Notes under the pieces: model-generated
Database searches by the model: none
What the model was told of the DNA's origin: nothing
Seen by the model: only the letters and a program-made list of their open reading frames with translations
Origin: Alphaproteobacteria bacterium
GTDB lineage: Bacteria > Pseudomonadota > Alphaproteobacteria > UBA9219
Direction: 5' to 3'
Assembly (NCBI GenBank): GCA_033763555.1
Contig: JANRKK010000036.1
Location: 2,418 to 66,417, forward strand
DNA: 64,000 bases
Position numbers and translations under genes: made by a program
In this document: positions 61,842-64,000 of the stretch, piece after piece
Numbering within the stretch: position 1 is the first letter of the stretch
How the letters are laid out: every line of letters starts with the position of its first letter

Positions 61842-63560
61842 ATGGACAATAACAGCAATCTCTTCGCCGCCATTCTTTTGTCGGTTCTTATTCTGATCGG
61901 CTTTCAGTATCTCTATGTGAAGCCGCAGCAGGAACATTACCGCCAGCAGGTATTGGCGGAAAAAACCGCGATGCCCCCCAAGGCGGAAGCCGTGGCCGCG
62001 CCGGAAGTTGCGGGAACCCTACGTGACCGCGCCGCGATCATCAGCGAAAGCCCGCGCATTCCCATTTCAACGCCGCAACTGCGCGGTTCCATCAATCTCA
62101 AGGGCGCACGCCTTGATGATCTGGAGCTGGTTCAGTATCGCGAAACCATCGATCCCCATTCGCCGCGCATTACCCTGCTATCGCCTTCGGGCTCGGCTGC
62201 ACCGCATTTATCCTATTACGCCGAATTCAGCTGGCTGGGTGACGGAACCGTTTCTGTCCCCGGCGCGCAGACCGAATGGAAAGCCGACGGCAAATCGCTA
62301 TCGCCCAAAGCACCGCTGCGACTGAACTGGAGCAACGGGCAGGGATTGTCGTTCGAGCGCACCATCGCCATCGACGACAATTTCATGATCACGTTGACCG
62401 ACCGCGTACACAACACAGGCAGCGCGCCCGTCACGCTTTATCCCTTCGGCCTCATCGCGCGGCAAGGCATGCCATCCGAGCACTCAACCTACATCCTGCA
62501 TGAAGGCCCGCTCGGCGTTCTGAACGGCACGCTGGAAGAACACAAATACGCCACGTTGGCCGAAGAGGGCAAAAAGACCATGGACAGTCAGGGCGGCTGG
62601 CTTGGCATGACGGACAAATACTGGCTGGTGGCGATGGTGCCGCCACAGACTGAAAAGCTTTCCGCCACCTTCGCCCATAGCCCCGGCAAGAGTGACACGG
62701 CGCACGGATTTTTCCAGACGGATTTCCGTGGCGCGGCGATGAACGTGCCAGCAGGCGGCAGCATCGAACATACATCCCAATTGTTCGCAGGCGCCAAGCG
62801 TGTTCGCCTTTTGGATGATTACGGCAAAAAATACGACATCCCGCGCTTTGACCGCGCCATCGATTTCGGCTGGTTCTATTTCCTGACCAAGCCGTTTTTG
62901 TATTTGCTCGATTATCTCAGCGAGTCCATGGGTAGCTTTGCGCTCGCGCTTCTGGTCTTCACTGTCATGCTCAAATTGCTGACGCTGCCTTTGACGCTGA
63001 AATCCAACCATTCCATGGCGCGCATGAAAGCTCTGCAGCCGGAAATGAAGCGCATTCAGGAACGCTTCGCCGATGACCGGATGAAGCAGGGCCAGGAAAT
63101 GATGGAGCTGTACAAGCGCGAAAAAGTCAGCCCCATGTCGGGCTGTGTGCCGACCTTGATCCAGATTCCGATTTTCTTCGCGCTGTATAAGGTTCTGTAT
63201 GTCGGCATCGAAATGCGACAGGTGCCCTTCTATGGCTGGATCAAGGATATGTCCGCGCCGGATCCGACATCGGTTTTCACGCTGTTCGGTCTAATCGCCT
63301 GGACGCCGCCGATGGCCCTGCAAATCGGCATCTGGCCGATCTTGATGGGCCTCAGCATGTTCCTGCAGCAGCGCCTGTCGCCGCAGCCGCCGGACAAAAC
63401 CCAGGCGCGCATGTTCATGCTCATGCCCATCCTCTTCACCTACATGCTGTCGCATATGCCCGCCGGACTTGTGATTTACTGGACGTGGAGCAACCTGCTG
63501 TCCATCGGACAGCAATGGTTCATCATGCGGCAGGATGCGCGGCGCGCTGGCAAAACGTGA
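61842..63560 (+). CDS. yidC: membrane protein insertase YidC
   Basis: An N-terminal TM helix, a large periplasmic domain, and the C-terminal conserved 5-TM core (PLT.KS..SM..M..LQPEM..I). Confidence 0.9.
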   Translation: MDNNSNLFAAILLSVLILIGFQYLYVKPQQEHYRQQVLAEKTAMPPKAEAVAAPEVAGTLRDRAAIISESPRIPISTPQLRGSINLKGARLDDLELVQYRETIDPHSPRITLLSPSGSAAPHLSYYAEFSWLGDGTVSVPGAQTEWKADGKSLSPKAPLRLNWSNGQGLSFERTIAIDDNFMITLTDRVHNTGSAPVTLYPFGLIARQGMPSEHSTYILHEGPLGVLNGTLEEHKYATLAEEGKKTMDSQGGWLGMTDKYWLVAMVPPQTEKLSATFAHSPGKSDTAHGFFQTDFRGAAMNVPAGGSIEHTSQLFAGAKRVRLLDDYGKKYDIPRFDRAIDFGWFYFLTKPFLYLLDYLSESMGSFALALLVFTVMLKLLTLPLTLKSNHSMARMKALQPEMKRIQERFADDRMKQGQEMMELYKREKVSPMSGCVPTLIQIPIFFALYKVLYVGIEMRQVPFYGWIKDMSAPDPTSVFTLFGLIAWTPPMALQIGIWPILMGLSMFLQQRLSPQPPDKTQARMFMLMPILFTYMLSHMPAGLVIYWTWSNLLSIGQQWFIMRQDARRAGKT

Positions 63561-63643
63561 TGTTTATTGTGCCGCGTTGACGCCTGAGTGTGATTCCAGC
63601 ATCATGGCCATACTTCGTTCTTCCTTTTTGAAGGAGAAATGTG

Positions 63644-63802
63644 ATGGGTCTGCGTACATCTAAAAAATTAAGATCACCTGCGTCACGAAACGCGGCCGCC
63701 TCAGCTGAAGATCGCGCTGATCTAGAAATAGCCAGGCAGCGCCTTAGATCTGAACGCCCCATCCCTTATGAGCGGGCCAGAAAAAAGTTAGGTCTCACCT
63801 AA
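63644..63802 (+). CDS. small hypothetical ORF (52 aa)
   Basis: It has a strong SD AAGGAGAA 6 nt upstream of the ATG; the product is basic (MGLRTSKKLRSPASRN...). It falls below the ORF-track cutoff. Confidence 0.3.
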   Translation: MGLRTSKKLRSPASRNAAASAEDRADLEIARQRLRSERPIPYERARKKLGLT

Positions 63803-63822
63803 ACAGGGTTTGGTAGTGCCCC

Positions 63823-64000
63823 TCAAGCCGCAGCGCAGCTCTCAAACCCTTCGCGCAAAATCTTCTCATCCAGATTGCGGCCGATGAAAACGATACGGCT
63901 GCGGCGCACACCATCGCCCCACGGCGCGAGATTGCTGCCCTCCATCATCATATGCACACCCTGAATGGCCAGCGGCTTACTGTTGCCTTTGATGTCGAGA
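63823..64000 (-). CDS. CobW/YjiA-family GTPase, C-terminal domain (5'-truncated by window edge)
   Basis: Minus-strand translation gives ...LDIKGNSKPLAIQGVHMMMEGSNLAPWGDGVRRSRIVFIGRNLDEKILREGFESCAAA*, a CobW C-terminal domain. Confidence 0.7.
   Translation of the reverse strand, partial: LDIKGNSKPLAIQGVHMMMEGSNLAPWGDGVRRSRIVFIGRNLDEKILREGFESCAAA

Noticed and set aside
1-64000. Search for CRISPR arrays, tRNA/rRNA genes, transposases and integrases
   Set aside because: No short regularly spaced direct repeats, tRNA-like cloverleaf signatures (GTTCGA / CCA ends), rRNA, or IS, tyrosine or serine recombinase-like proteins were found. The islands lack recognisable mobility genes within this window.

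Overview
This 64-kb window is a high-GC (about 60%) alphaproteobacterial chromosomal segment, probably Rhodospirillales or Acetobacteraceae-like. Recognisable housekeeping genes on both strands form its backbone: pdxH (partial), a Wza/Wzz-like polysaccharide export pair, secA, a ubiH-family gene, serB, scpB-scpA, nagZ, a SPOR-domain gene, argS, dgt, a porin, leuS-lptE, recX, lysA, hslVU, an alpha-2-macroglobulin gene, a tandem cold-shock gene, polA, tilS, ybgF(cpoB)-pal and rpmH-rnpA-yidD-yidC. Lower-GC accessory insertions interrupt this backbone at several points. (1) A roughly 12-kb island sits after lptE, where holA would normally follow. It holds two diverged paralogous secreted beta-propeller (Vgb/NHL-like) genes with a duplicated promoter element flanking recX, followed by a giant 2881-aa membrane-anchored fibrous repeat protein (YadA-head or tail-fibre-like 17-aa repeats, four roughly 450-aa super-repeats, near-identical 150-bp DNA repeats). 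(2) A 1282-aa secreted protein carries eleven 4-Cys 'GPWxWxC' modules and a C-terminal OmpA-like peptidoglycan-binding domain. (3) A low-GC SET-domain methyltransferase gene is translationally coupled (TAATG) between dgt and argS. (4) Smaller low-GC insertions encode an ELM1-like protein, an XRE regulator with an orphan solute-binding protein, and a hypothetical gene wedged between ybgF and pal. No rRNA, tRNA, CRISPR, transposase or integrase genes were recognised. Many long antisense ORFs in the track are GC-driven artefacts.
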